Shown: positions 1 through 12,059 of the stretch, piece by piece
Position numbering within the stretch: position 1 is the first letter of the stretch
How the letters are laid out: each line of letters opens with the position of its first letter
Source: Amoebophrya sp. A120
Lineage: Eukaryota > Protista > Dinoflagellata
NCBI GenBank assembly: GCA_905178155.1
Contig: CAJINV010000004.1
Location: 11,143,655 to 11,207,654, forward strand
Direction: 5' to 3'
DNA length: 64,000 nucleotides
Program-made: the position numbers and the translations under genes
The notes under the pieces: model-generated
Databases searched by the model: none
Seen by the model: only the letters and a program-made list of their open reading frames with translations
Told to the model about the DNA's origin: nothing

Positions 1-19
1 TTCGTGAGTTGTACCAGCT

Positions 20-1606
20 TCATCCAACCTGCATAGGCTGCGGCCCGCCCGGTCCTCTTCCAGTTCCGCCTGTTGTGGTCTCCCTTCTGGGCGCGGAAAT
101 TTCTCCTCCTGGTTGTTGATCGTCCCTGAGCCCGATCCTCCACTCCTCCACGGGAAACAAACGTTTCAAGATTTTCCGCAAGTTATCCCCCTCTTCCGCC
201 GCAAAGTTCTGCACGCTCTGCTGCTGAAACCCCGTGCTCAGGGCGTGGCACAGTAGGGGCCGCCCCTTCGGCTTAAACTGTTGCAAATTCTCCTCGCAGG
301 GCGTCAAATAGATCCGCAACGCGGTGTGTATCGCGGGTTGCTGCTCCATGTCAATATCTGGGAACAAATGTTGCAGTTGTTCAAACGCGCCCGGCTCGTC
401 GAGTTTGCGTCTCTTACTGTTGGGAAAAATGCCTCCAGTACTGTCCTGCTGATAAAGAAGATGTTGAGCAGCAGACGAAGAAACGGCTCCTGATGTTTTC
501 GTTTTCAATTGCACCACCCTCGCTAACACCGCGACCAGGAATACGCTCGCCGCACAGCCGGCAGCATCGTTCTGGGCGACTGCGGCTAAAGCGGGGACGG
601 AGAAGCGGTACTGGTGTAAGTGGTCAGTGACTGTTTGCTTCCCGTGGCTCCGTTGCTTTTGATTCTGCAAAAAGCTTTGCAGCGCCCGAAAAGCCAACTC
701 CGCCTCGTCCTGCAGGGACGTACTGCTCGCTCCGCCAGTGGTTGCGCGGACATATTTGGCAATCAACTCCCGCGGGTCTTCGTTGGTTTTCATATTTCCG
801 ATCAGAAGTTGACTTCCAGCTGCACTTGTTCCCGCCGCGATTTCCCGTAGCAACTCCGGCGCCGCCTTCTCGAACTTCTTGTGCGCGGCCTCAATGTCCT
901 TCTGCTCGACACCGAAGGTCAAATTTCGCTCGTGCAGAAAATTGACGATCTGCTTGATTCCCACCGGCTCCTGCAACCGCGCTTGTGCGGCACACAGGAT
1001 GAAAATCAGATCCGCATCCGTGAAGCCTCGCGTGCGGAAAATCGTTTTTGGCGGCTGGTTTCCTGGCTGATTCAAGAACATCGACGTGCTGGAGCTCGAG
1101 CCTCCACCCGCTCCAGAAGTAGTACTGATCCCGACCCCTGCACCCAAGTTGTTGCCGCTCACGCCCTCCTCGGCCCCGGTGTAGAGACTGTGGACAATGC
1201 GCATGCACTCGTCCAGGCTCCTTTCGTCCCGTTTCAGCGTGTTCACGAGGAACTTCCGCAAGTGCTTAAAAATCTTGCCGAGCGCCTGGTCCTGCTGGTC
1301 CATCAGGGTGGACGCGTTTTGGCTCGCGGCGTACAGTGCCTTGCCCACGGCGGACCCCATGCTACCCATCATCTGCGTCTGGATCTGGGACCCGTGCGAC
1401 AGGTAGGGATTCATTTTCACCTTGGCCGCGCGCTGGTTCTTTTCCGGCTCGTCCTTGAACGACCGCCACTCCGCTGCGTCGGTGACGATCTTGTTCTGAA
1501 GAACGAGACCGCAGGACCGGCAGACCACCAGCCCCTCGGTGTAGTCGACGCGGATGTTGTCGGACCCGCAATACAGGCAGGAGGAAAACCCCACGCCCTC
1601 GGACAT
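20..1606 (-). CDS. TFIIB: Transcription initiation factor IIB-like protein (divergent C-terminus)
   Basis: N-terminal Zn ribbon CLYC-x17-CRSCGLV followed by the B-reader motif EWRSF; intronless 528-aa ORF. Confidence 0.8.
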   Translation of the reverse strand: MSEGVGFSSCLYCGSDNIRVDYTEGLVVCRSCGLVLQNKIVTDAAEWRSFKDEPEKNQRAAKVKMNPYLSHGSQIQTQMMGSMGSAVGKALYAASQNASTLMDQQDQALGKIFKHLRKFLVNTLKRDERSLDECMRIVHSLYTGAEEGVSGNNLGAGVGISTTSGAGGGSSSSTSMFLNQPGNQPPKTIFRTRGFTDADLIFILCAAQARLQEPVGIKQIVNFLHERNLTFGVEQKDIEAAHKKFEKAAPELLREIAAGTSAAGSQLLIGNMKTNEDPRELIAKYVRATTGGASSTSLQDEAELAFRALQSFLQNQKQRSHGKQTVTDHLHQYRFSVPALAAVAQNDAAGCAASVFLVAVLARVVQLKTKTSGAVSSSAAQHLLYQQDSTGGIFPNSKRRKLDEPGAFEQLQHLFPDIDMEQQPAIHTALRIYLTPCEENLQQFKPKGRPLLCHALSTGFQQQSVQNFAAEEGDNLRKILKRLFPVEEWRIGLRDDQQPGGEISAPRRETTTGGTGRGPGGPQPMQVG

Positions 1607-2788
1607 AGTTTCTGTGCTAGGGTTTGCAGCTTACGCTTAAGTGCAATGTGTCATTGAAGTACTGGGCGCCGAAGTGCTGCTCGGTGTCGATCGCAACCAC
1701 CAGCGGAACAGCTACCACTTCTCAATGAATCGGTTTACTCAAAATAAAACTTTATTTCGTAAATCCAAACTATGAAAACCGAATCGCAACACAGAGATTC
1801 ACGACATCAAGATCAATGGAATAAAAATATTCAAACAAATACTTACGGCGTCGCTGTGGATGAAGTGGCTGTGAGTTGGGAAACGTAAATCGAATTACGA
1901 CACCACAAATAGCACTAGAGCAGCACGTCGCAAAAGCAACGAGCGCAGGACAAGAACTAACGGATCCATCTTCGTGGTCAAGTTGACGCTCACCTTCATC
2001 ATCATCATCTTCACACGGGTCGTTCACTCATCTGTCTTCCCGTGACGATCTTCGTGTCTTGCTTCTGCGCTTCTTTGTTTCTTGTCAGAAGCGCACGATC
2101 TTGATGAACTTATTAACTTGATTACCTTGTCGCACCGTCCGGTGACGATGGAAAAATGAAGTGTACAAGTAAGTACGATCAAGATTGCCTTTCGTTATTT
2201 TCCGACACCAGAGACAAAGAAGAAGAACAAATCGAAGTCCCATGACACGATGCATGAAGAAACGCGCGACGAGAAAGAACATCAGAGTTCCACATCAATT
2301 TACTGGTTGTACAACGTATGGCTGTCTGCTTCATTTGGCTGCGGCGAGTGCAGGCGGAAAGAGGACGCCGCATTTCTACATTACATATTTGACTTCGTGG
2401 TCGCTTATTTTCTTGTTTTCTGTCCACCATGATGCTGATACTTTTACTGTGTCGTCGCATGATTCAAAATGGTGCGGGGTCCTTGGGGTCGGTAGGCCTA
2501 GGCACCACGAGGAGGCCACCCCTTATATCTTCTTATTTCTACTTGTCGCGGTAAGGGCAGTAATAGGCTGATCTTGTGTGTGTTTCTTATCGATATCCTA
2601 TGGCGGCCATATGGTTGGTCGTCTCGCTGTACGAGTACCTACTCAGACTAACTTCACTATGACAACTATCTCTACCACTATACAATACTCGGTCGCATTT
2701 AGCACTAAAGATTGAATTGCAGCTCCTATATGTGATATAGATGTGCTGCTGTTCATCTTTTATTGCTCTTCCCAGAGCTTGCTTTGTT

Positions 2789-5551
2789 TTATCCCGTTTG
2801 CACTCGTATGACGGCGCAGTACATCCTAGACACTTCCTCGCACTCCTTTGGAAAGTCATCAAACACAGGCTCATCTGTTTCCGCATCGACTAGGTGGAAA
2901 AACTGCGTGGCCGCGTGTCTCGTGCGGTGCTTAAACAGAGGCTGGCGGCGCGTAGTTCTTGGAGGTTGTAATTCGGCTTCGTTCGTTTCTACTTTATCTT
3001 GCGACGATGTTAAAAAAGTTGCCGTCGTTCTTTCCCGCCTCCTGCTTTGCCACCAGGTTTTCATGTCACACGCGTGCTTCAAGTACTGCAAGCAGGGAAA
3101 CCGGATATCGCCCCGACTGTCGAACTTGCAGAAGGGAGCTGCTGCCGTCGGTCCTCGTCCGCGCGTTCTTGTACCACGACCACCAGACAGGATTTGGTCT
3201 TTCAAATCCCAGAGGTTGACCCTCGTGAAAAATGGCGGCTCCGGTGCGAAGAACAAAGAGGAGCTCCTACAGGGCTGCATTGTATTGCGGAAGGGATGAA
3301 GTTGTGCACCAGGATATGCTGCTGTCCTCTTCGATCCACCACTTGTCCTGTAGCTCATCTCGCTCAAAGATTCCGAGCCGTACAGATTCTCTGTATCTGC
3401 AGTTTCGATTATCATCTTTCCGCGGGTGCTGCTGCTCAGGAGGTGCTTTTCCAGCAGGCGAAAGTCGACGAGGTATTCCAGGCAGTTGTCGATCGCACCC
3501 TCGAGGAAAAAGTCGTAACCCAAGCCGGCCGGTACCTTGTGTTCTGCATCCGCACTGGTCGTGTACTCCCACCATTTCCGCAGCAGCTTCGGCTCAGCAG
3601 GCACCTCTAGCCGGGCGATCTTGTTTTCGAACAGGACCAAGGGGGCTCCGGTGGACGATGTCGTGGTGGGATTCTGGGGGTTGGGAGGGGATGCGGAGGA
3701 CGCTCCGGGAAAGTTTGGCCTTGTGCTCGTCGGGTAAGTCTCGCCAATATTAACGTGATCCGCTAGAAAGTCCAACGGATCCTCCTCACTTCCATCAATG
3801 CCGAGCATGGGTGCTTCCTGTGCTGCTTCGTCAAGGACACGTACAACATGACCGTCTTCTACTTCTTCATCTCGGTGCGCAGTTGATATTTCCTGCACGT
3901 TGCTTTGCTCGTGTGCGTGTGCTGGTGGAGCGACCTTCTCCTCGGAAGGAAAAGATCCGGAAGTAGTTGTACCTTTGCACTGTGCCTCCAGCTCGGCCAG
4001 TGAGTATTCGCCGAATTTTTTCCGGGCTTCCTCAACCAACCACCGCTCGTCAATGGTTGTCCCAACGAAGACGGAAGTTTTCTTCGAGCACTCCTGAACC
4101 AGTCTGCCGAAGTTTGCAATGGTGGCCTCCGACTCAAACGCGTAGTGCAGCGCAAACTGACAGGAGATAATGTCAAATAAGCGGGAGTCGGAGCGGCTGG
4201 TGCTGGCCGACGTCCGATTGTGGATTGAAGCAGAAGATCTAGTAGAATTTGGCTGCGTTTGGCCACAGATCGTGGTACTCGAACTGCTTCCATAGTTACT
4301 TCTAGAAGTACACTGCGCAAGCAGATCCGCGGCGGATTGTTTTGTGAAGTCAAATTGGTGAAACTCGACGGAGAAATTCTCCAGCGGTTTCGCCTGCTCT
4401 GCCCACTTCTGTCGCCCAAGAGCGATAGAATGCGCAGATAGGTCGACGCCCACGTACTCGAACTGGATGCATTTTGCATTCCATCCTAAAGCACCAAGGA
4501 AGTACTTTGCGGTGTTGTGCCACTTGAACAGATCTCCGCCGCGCCCGCAGGCAAGGTCGAGGATGCGGATCGTTCTTGTTCTCGCTGTGCGCTGTTGAGT
4601 CGTGTGGTCTGGCACTGGCTGCTGGTTATAACAGTCATCATAATGATGTTTATGCCCCTGCTGTCCGTCCGCCAAGAAGCTTTCTTTCTTGCGTCGCTTG
4701 CTGTCGGGAGGAGACAAGTTCTTGTTTTCAGTGCCAGCAAGACGTTGGATTATATCCTGAGCGTCCTCCTCGTCGTCCACCACGTCTTCTTCTTCTTCTA
4801 GCAAGGCGAACTCCATGGCGAACAAGCACAAGCAGGTCTTTGTCCAGTTGTTCATGCGGAAGTGCCCCGTCTCCGGCTCCCGCATGTTTTTTCGCTGCTT
4901 GCCGTACCTTGCCGCCGCGCGGTCGTAGTGGCTGGCCACATGATCCTCCTCTTCTCCGGGAAGAGGATCCTCGGCGGAGGCTGCTGGTGCCTTGATGTAG
5001 GTGGAGTAGCTCTTGTGGTTTTGCTTTAATACTCCTGTCGATGCAGATGCAGCTGGTACACCTTGTTCTCCATTTTTCCGTTTGGCGTTTCGGCTTGGCG
5101 CGCGACCGTCAGGAAACGGATCTTCGCCTGTTGGTGATGATGGTGGTTTTGACTTATTTTTCTCAGCCACCTTTTTCGCCCCAATCTGGCCTTTTTTGTT
5201 TCCCTTGTTGCTCGTCCTCGACGTCGACGTCCCCTGCTCGAGCTGGTGGTGCGCGTGCGCGTTCTGTGGGTGGTTGACGGTGCCACTACTTGGTCTTGCA
5301 CTATCGCCTTTTGCTGTCCTCGCCTGCTTCCCGCCACCGTTGCCGTTCTTTCCGCCCTTGTTCTTCTTTCCAAATATTCCCTTGCCCCCTCGGCCGCCAC
5401 CCTTCTTTCCAGATGGAGGCTGGGACTTAGCATTTTCGCCAGATCTACTACTAGTGCCCCCGCCTCCCAGCATAGCCAGGTCGGCCCAAGCTGAGTTGTC
5501 CCTGTCCGGCTGATCGTTGTACACATTTTTAGCGGGGCTGGGTGCCGACAT
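2789..5551 (-). CDS. RNMT: mRNA cap guanine-N7 methyltransferase (RNMT/Abd1 family)
   Basis: Motifs NNWTK, ILDLACGRGGDLFKW, FDIISCQFALHYAFES, YDFFLEGAIDNCLEYLV; first ATG at 5551 in AAAAATG context; long low-complexity insertions. Confidence 0.92.
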   Translation of the reverse strand: MSAPSPAKNVYNDQPDRDNSAWADLAMLGGGGTSSRSGENAKSQPPSGKKGGGRGGKGIFGKKNKGGKNGNGGGKQARTAKGDSARPSSGTVNHPQNAHAHHQLEQGTSTSRTSNKGNKKGQIGAKKVAEKNKSKPPSSPTGEDPFPDGRAPSRNAKRKNGEQGVPAASASTGVLKQNHKSYSTYIKAPAASAEDPLPGEEEDHVASHYDRAAARYGKQRKNMREPETGHFRMNNWTKTCLCLFAMEFALLEEEEDVVDDEEDAQDIIQRLAGTENKNLSPPDSKRRKKESFLADGQQGHKHHYDDCYNQQPVPDHTTQQRTARTRTIRILDLACGRGGDLFKWHNTAKYFLGALGWNAKCIQFEYVGVDLSAHSIALGRQKWAEQAKPLENFSVEFHQFDFTKQSAADLLAQCTSRSNYGSSSSTTICGQTQPNSTRSSASIHNRTSASTSRSDSRLFDIISCQFALHYAFESEATIANFGRLVQECSKKTSVFVGTTIDERWLVEEARKKFGEYSLAELEAQCKGTTTSGSFPSEEKVAPPAHAHEQSNVQEISTAHRDEEVEDGHVVRVLDEAAQEAPMLGIDGSEEDPLDFLADHVNIGETYPTSTRPNFPGASSASPPNPQNPTTTSSTGAPLVLFENKIARLEVPAEPKLLRKWWEYTTSADAEHKVPAGLGYDFFLEGAIDNCLEYLVDFRLLEKHLLSSSTRGKMIIETADTENLYGSESLSEMSYRTSGGSKRTAAYPGAQLHPFRNTMQPCRSSSLFFAPEPPFFTRVNLWDLKDQILSGGRGTRTRGRGPTAAAPFCKFDSRGDIRFPCLQYLKHACDMKTWWQSRRRERTTATFLTSSQDKVETNEAELQPPRTTRRQPLFKHRTRHAATQFFHLVDAETDEPVFDDFPKECEEVSRMYCAVIRVQTG

Positions 5552-6648
5552 TTTTCGGAAGTCTTGTAGCGGCCACGTTCCTGGTAAATCAACCACGTGG
5601 ACCTCTTCACATGACGAGGATACTGCTCAATATCAGGTCTTTATTCCAGGTCGCTCAGGACGAAGGCACGACGCAGATGACCGAGTGCTCGCAATGCTGA
5701 AGCTCCTCTTGTTCCGGTCGCCCAACTTTTCTTTTTCGGTGTTAATGATGAAGTAGACATTATTACATCGAGCTCAAGGCTGTTTAAACTTCTCGGGCAA
5801 ATAAAAACGTAATAAAGGCTAGCAAGCTACCCGTGGCGAACGAACCGAAAAATAGCTTCGATCTAGTTCTTTTAGAAGTCGCTGCTCGTACTAGCGACTT
5901 CCACATATCCTAAGGTCCAGCACGAATTGGCACTCCATCAAGCCCTGAAGCTGTGAGATGATGATGAACTTGTTGCTCGCATGATCGTATAAACATCCTG
6001 ATCCTTTTCTTTGTGTTTGATGCCAAGTGGTCAAGAACATCTCTACTACGAGATCTTCTCCTAAATTATACCAGTAGTACTAGAGCTCGTTCGCAATTCG
6101 CAAGATGGCACATCCTAATCATGATCGTCTTCGCGGAGAGCAATGCCAATTTTTAGGCTTCCCAGCTCGCTTTCATGCCTCACGCATCAGGTAAAAAAAT
6201 GGGCTTCTCCACATTTTTCTCAGGTAAGAATGGTCTCGGTTGTCTTCTGCTTCATGATCCGGATGCGCGATAAGATTTCTTCCTTGATCTCGCTCTTGGT
6301 GTTCGTGTTTTAGAGTCTGTGTTCAACATCAGAAAGAAATGATCCCTCGCTCATTATCATCTCGCTGTACAGGTCCACCTAGCATGTCAAAACGTGGACG
6401 ATCTCAGTTTCAAGTTACCCATTATTTCTCTTCTGGAGATCTCACTTTCTGCTTCTTTATTTTATTCCTTGTCGACTAGGACTACTATTTCAGTTTTTTC
6501 AAGTAGCTAGTGGATACTCATACTTTGCTGTCAGTTTCTATGCTCTCCGCGGAGTAGATACCGGTGGGGGAATCCCCCAATGCAACCTGCGTGGGACTGC
6601 GGGGGTAATAATCATAGGTTGTTCTTGTCTGTCGTCTTCTCTGTTGTA

Positions 6649-9600
6649 TCACACGACATCCACGACATCCTCTATCGGCGTGCCATCATCTAACCCCTTG
6701 ATGTTGTTGTTCTTCGCAAAGAACTGCCCTTCCTTGCCGTTCGTAGAAGAAGTATTCGCATCTGCACCAACAACCACTTGTGCCGTAAGGTCAAACGGCT
6801 TTACGTAGCCGGACTTCGTGTAGCCCGTGGGAATCGAGTGCGTCAACAAGCGACTCAAGCCCGGCAGCGTGAACGCGATAAACGGAAAAGACAGCAACGA
6901 GTAGACCACTTTTCCCCAGAACACCTCAGCGCCCAGCTCCGAGGTGTCAAACAGCGAGGTGTCGCCGCCCCGGTTTGCGGCCAAGAGAACGACGAAAAGG
7001 ACTCCGATATGGCGTTCGCAAACGTTACACTTTCACACTGTATACATGAACTTGTGAAGATGCAAGAATTTTTATGAGCAAAAGTCGTGAGAGGGGTGGG
7101 GAGGGGGGACCTTAAGCGTCTTGCGTTACAGATTTGGCACGACGGATTCTAAATGCTAATGCTAAGTACTTAGCGCGTCAAAGACTTTTTGTTACGCGAA
7201 GAAGCTTGATCGTCATCATGTGAAGCACGACCGTTGATTTCGCATGACAAATCATGTAACAGTTGAGAACAATGTCTCGTTTGAGAATCCCATATCCGAA
7301 TAGAAAACAGTACATGTCGTACACCAGCAGCGGAAGAATGCGGCCGCCCCGCTTTGTATTGTACGTGATGCGACAACAGGGAAGAAAACTCTCCAAGTTA
7401 AAACAGCACTGCACGACCTCTTCCGCCTCCGCGTCCCTCCGGTCCGCAGCAGCGTTGGCCCGCTGCGACTGGAAACTCGACCCGCCATGCTTCTCGGAGA
7501 AGGGCAGAGACAAAAAGGCCGTCCAGGTCAGGAAAATGTTGAAGAAAAACTCGAGCAGCGACAGGGCCAGGCCGTCCGTAATGTTCTTCCCCGGGCCGCT
7601 GGCTTCGCAGTTTCTGGTTTGCACGCACGAGTAGTACTCCATGGAGCCGTAGAGCGCCATGAGCACGCCCCCCGTGACGAACTGCATTCCCTTGAAACCC
7701 AAAATGTACTGCACCAGAATGTACTCGTCCGGCCGCCTTTGACCTCTCGGGGTCCCGCAGCAAACAAAAAATAAAACCACCGCGAAGAAGAACCCCCGGA
7801 CGGCGAAGACCGGCAGCAGCGTGAGGAGGAAGAAAAGCACGAAGACCGGGTCCCGGAATTTCCCGAACATGCTCTTGTCGTACGGCAGGTAGTGGAACAA
7901 AACGAAGGCGCGGAACCAGGAGAACGGCCTCGAACGAGCCCAGAAGTCGGTACAGCTGCAGCAGACGAGGTCCACGTCGTCTCCGATGTTGGACTTTTCC
8001 GTTTTCAACACGCTCGTTTTGATGGCGAGTTTTGCCTCCTCTTTCACGTCCTCCCAAAGCCTATGGAAGTGTCAGGTTTGAAATCGTCAAAGTTGAAATA
8101 ATTTGCAATGCATAAAATGCATGCCCCGAGGTACGTGTGTTGCAGAGCAGGCAAGTGAGGCCGATTGTAAGCCTGTTTGGGGTTACAGCTCGAGCTGCTA
8201 AAGTAGCATGAGAAAATCACTCTTCTTTGCCTAAACAGCATGACAAACTGGATTTACAGACCGCCGAAATTTGTCATGCGCCACTTGGAAAATGGGTTCC
8301 AACTGGCATCCATCTTATGCATGACAAATTATTTCAACTTTGTCGATTTCAACTCTGACACATCCATAGAGCCCGTAGAACCCGTACACGAGCTTCCTCT
8401 TCACGCATTCGCACATGGCGGGGTCGTCGACCAGCGTGTTGGCAAAGCGGTCCCGGATTTTGTTCAGCAGTTTCTCCAACACGTTGTCACTCATATCCAA
8501 CGCGGTCGCTTTCTATGAACTGCAAAAGTATCGCACTCGTATAAATGCATGACAAATTCCCTCAGCATGAGAAATAAAATTTGTAATGCGGATTTACCTA
8601 AAAAAAAGAATTTGTAAGAGTGAGGTAACAAACTAAATCTGGAACTTCGCGGTTGAGTTCTCATCCGGCCGGTGGCCGGATGAGAACTCAACCACATCGC
8701 CGGCCGTATCCGGCCGGGCGGCCTGCGCCTGCCCGATCCTCTTCCGCCCTCCTCCACCGGTGGACCCACTCTTCCCCCTCACCCGTCCCCGAGCCGCGTT
8801 GCTTCGCTATGCAAAAAGCCCCACCCTTGTCATGCAAGGACAGCGGAAAGTGCCGAAACCCACAAAGCAGATGCCTGCGCTTTCATCTATTAGCTTTGAT
8901 CTGTGCTGCCATTTCCGCTCCTATTGCACGCAGTTTGCGTTTTCTATTTTTTATTTGGGAGGATTTTTCCCGCTCACCTGAAGAAGTGCACTCGCAATTC
9001 TATTTTTTATTTACGCTTCTAGGTTTGTGGCCCCTACTTCCGTCGGGGTTGGTCGATGCTCAGCTGGCTCCACCGATAGACCGCTGGCAGCGAGCGGAAA
9101 ACCGCTTAAAGCGGGAAGCCGCCGGAAGTGGGGAGCCGCTGGAAGCGGGGAACCGCTGAAAGCGAAGGAACCGCTGGAAGCGGAGAACCGCTGAAAACCG
9201 CCGACGGACCGGTGGCAGCGGGCGGCCGCTGAAACCGCGCAGCCGCTGAAAGCGGGCCACCGCTGACAGCGGGCAATAACTGAAAGCGGGCGGCCGCTGA
9301 AAGCGGCCAACCGCCGAAGGCGGAAAACCGCTGGCAGCGAGCGGACAACCGGTGAAAGCGGGGAACCCGAGCGGGCAACCGCCGAAAGCGGAGGCATGGT
9401 TCCCCGCTTTCCGCGTTTCCCCGCTTTCAGCGCTTTTATGTCCGCTCGCTGCCAAGGATTCATCGCTAGAGCCCGCTGAGACTCGACCACCCCCGACGGC
9501 AGCAGCGTGCTGTTGTCTGTCTCCCCTGCTTGTTGCCACAGGGCCCCGCATTTGGACAGAGACAGAAGCGGGCAGTCTACGCCAATAACCTAGGGCGCGC

Positions 9601-11446
9601 GAGTGCCACTATCGTGGTGCACTGGCTAAAAACGCAGGGGGCTGTGACTGCGCCCCGAAGCTGCGAGAGCCAGAACAAAAAACGAAGTAGCAGGAAGCTG
9701 ATGCCTGCTATTAACTAGTAGCAGTACCGCTGAAGTAAAGCGCAGTCGCTCCGCTTGCATGGAGTCTAACTTCTGGAAGTGCAAACTCAGAAGCACGAAT
9801 AGAAATAAGTAGGAAAAATAGAAAGCACAAACCGCGCGAAATAGTAATAGAAGCGAAAAAGAAAATAGCCGCACAGACAAAGAACAGAAAGCGCACGCGC
9901 CTGCTTTTGGGGTTTCGGCGCTTTCCGCTGCCTTTGCAGGGCGCTGCCTCTGCATTACAAAGCTGGGGCTTTTGGCCTAGTGAAACTAACAACGCGGCCA
10001 GTGGATCGACCGGTTGGGGACGGGGGAAGAGGACCGGGCCGGCCAGCCGGATTCCGCCGGTGATGTGGTTGAGTTCTCATCCGGCCGGCGGCCGGATAAG
10101 AACTCAACCGCGAAGTTCCAGATTTAGTTTGTTACCTCACTCTAATGCAGACTTGCATTTATACGAGTACGATACTTTTGCACAGGAAACTTTCAGATCT
10201 TCCACGATTCCCGCCTTTTTGTCCTTCAAGGTTTTCTTCGCGTGCAGCAGCAGGTCGCGTTCGCCCGCGGGAAGGAAACTGTACAGCTGGTCCGCCGACA
10301 TGGACTGCAGCAGCGACACCTGTTCCTTGGACATCTTGAAACCGCTGTACGCGCCCAGGCCCGCATCCAACGCGGCAGACGCCGCGGACTGGCCGAGCGA
10401 CTTCCCCTTCGCGGCCGCGGTGTCTATCCTATGCAAAAGTTGTATCGCACTCGTAATAATGGCTGGCATCGTTCGTTCGTGTGGATCGGCTCTGCCGACC
10501 GGGTAACCCATCGCCTGGCATGCATGGCAAGTCTAACTTTCTACCTTGTCCAGCATGACAAACTGCATTTTTGTTTCTGGTAAAATTCTGGTGCGATTTC
10601 TACTACAACGATACTTTTGCAATGCATAGTGTCCACCCGCTGCTGGTTTTTCTCGTTCAGATTGCTGTATGCCTTCTTCCCCACCTCCACGCCTGCAACC
10701 AGCGCGACGTCCTTTGCGGTGGCGGCCGCGCTGCTGACCACTTGCTGCGCACCGTACGCGCCACCGGCGACGAGGCCGACGGCCTTCCCCAGGTTTTTCG
10801 CGGTGGGAGCCGGCAGGGATGAGGACATCATCGTGTTTGCGTTTGGTGCGGCTTTAGAGGAGGAGTTGTTCATCATCGTGTCTACTTCACCTGTAGTTTT
10901 TGACACAGCAGCAGGAACAGAGACTTGGTGATCTTCGCAGGGTCGTTCTACTTGCGCCGCCGGGGGGGTCGGCGTGAGAGCTACTGGTCCTATAACATCT
11001 TGCTGTTGCACCAGCTGCGCCGGGTCAGTTTCACCTGCTCGTGGTAAATTTCCTGAAGCAAAACCTGGCTGGGGCACCACAACAGCGGAAGTAGGTGCTG
11101 CCGGAGCAGCAGCAGAATTCGGATTCGGCTCGCGGGAAGAATCATCTGTCGCTCCCTCCTTGTTTGCGGTTTGTTGTTCTGTGTTGTCGGAACCGTCCGC
11201 GTGTCTACTACCAGGCGGACCATTCATCGCCTTCTTGTCATTTGTAGTCGTGGTCTTCATTTGTTGGGCCGCAACTTTCATGGCCTCCTTCCCCAACGCA
11301 GCTCCAACTTTGAGAGCGCTCTGCCCGACTTTCCCCAGAGCCTTCTTCTTGTCCGCCAAGCCGCTGCCGCGGGCGGCAGAGGTCGCAGAAGTTGTCCCGC
11401 CGCGACCAGGCGGGTTCGGATCCGTCCCAGCTGTATAGCCCTCCAT
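6649..11446 (-). CDS. Multi-pass membrane protein of unknown function, 5 exons separated by 4 introner elements
   Basis: ORFs 10541-11476, 10137-10511, 8315-8500, 7178-8047 and 6649-6984 join in frame after element removal (QQRVDTAAAK, VEDLKATALD, FYGLWEDVKE, FLFGVLFVV); several hydrophobic TM segments. Confidence 0.8.
7008..7294. mobile_element. Introner (TIR element acting as intron)
   Basis: TIR tatggcgttcgcaaacg / cgtttgagaatcccata; perfect direct repeat tccga on both sides; excision restores the frame. Confidence 0.85.
8062..8368. mobile_element. Introner, long-TIR family (same family as 12693-13000, opposite orientation)
   Basis: ~55-bp TIR tatggaagtgtcaggtttgaaatcgtcaaagttgaaataatttg; flanks aagcc/gagcc; can be read as an exact GC-AG intron. 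Confidence 0.9.
8618..10142. mobile_element. Non-autonomous foldback DNA transposon nested in an introner (TAA TSD, PIF/Harbinger-like)
   Basis: ~80-bp near-perfect TIR gagtgaggtaacaaactaaatctggaacttcgcgg..., imperfect IR extending ~400 bp; TAA at 8615-8617 and 10143-10145; no convincing ORF. Confidence 0.85.
9081..9392. repeat. Tandem array of CCGCT-nnn-AGCGG mini-palindromes (~17-bp period)
   Basis: About 16 degenerate copies such as ccgctgaaagcgg, ccgctggaagcgg, ccgcttaaagcgg. Confidence 0.8.
10425..10628. mobile_element. Introner
   Basis: TIR tatcctatgcaaaagt / acttttgcaatgcata; direct repeat gtgtc; excision restores the frame. Confidence 0.85.
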
Positions 11447-12059
11447 GTTTCCGAAAAATCTCCGGTTGCTCTTCAAATTGGTTTCGTTCTTGTGAAATTT
11501 TTTTCCACTCTTTAAGTATTACCGTTCTCTTTCCGTTTCCGAGATACTTACAATAATTCCAAGTATCGCAGTGGTACCTACTCGCTGCTCTCAGCACACT
11601 CCTCGCACAGCTCAAACTCAATAGCGTGGCTTTCGTTGCTCAATAGTGCTGCGCCGGAGGACCAGTAGTAGTAGAGAACGTACATGCTAGTGTTTTGATT
11701 TTTACCCCTCCGCAATAAAACCCGCCCTATTTTCGATGATGCGCCGCAGTCAAACAGCGCCAAACCTCCTATGCATTTAGACGGGAACGTTGAGCCGGCT
11801 AAAGTACGTAGGTCCCGAAGGTGGAATTCTAGTTCTATCTTCCTCAAGCTGATCAACTTCTACTTTATTGAAAAAAAAACTACGTAGTACGAGGAGCGAT
11901 TGAGTCTTAATGGGGTTGCTCGCCCAGCACTTGTGACTCCACCTGGCGCTCATCTTCTGTACAGGAGATGAACTACCTCCAGATGATAGCCTGCAAAGAA
12001 TACACGTACTACGCATTGTCGATGTGCTACTATGTATTTTATTCCAAGGTTCGTGTTCC

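Larger units (their letters stand above)
8514..10189. mobile_element. Introner (~150-bp family) carrying a nested insertion
   Basis: TIR core tgcaaaagtatcgcactcgtataaatgca; direct repeat ctttc; without the nested piece it matches the reverse complement of 29230-29378. Confidence 0.85.

Noticed and set aside
6510-6620. GC-rich structured-looking stretch as a snRNA or SECIS
   Set aside because: No diagnostic U1/U2/U3/U4 or SECIS motifs could be matched with confidence
9081-9392. CRISPR-like array
   Set aside because: Repeats are degenerate 13-mers with only few-base gaps; no unique spacers or cas genes; eukaryotic context
9011-9588. ORFs inside the nested element as a possible transposase
   Set aside because: They translate the GC-rich mini-palindrome array into low-complexity sequence with no DDE-like motifs
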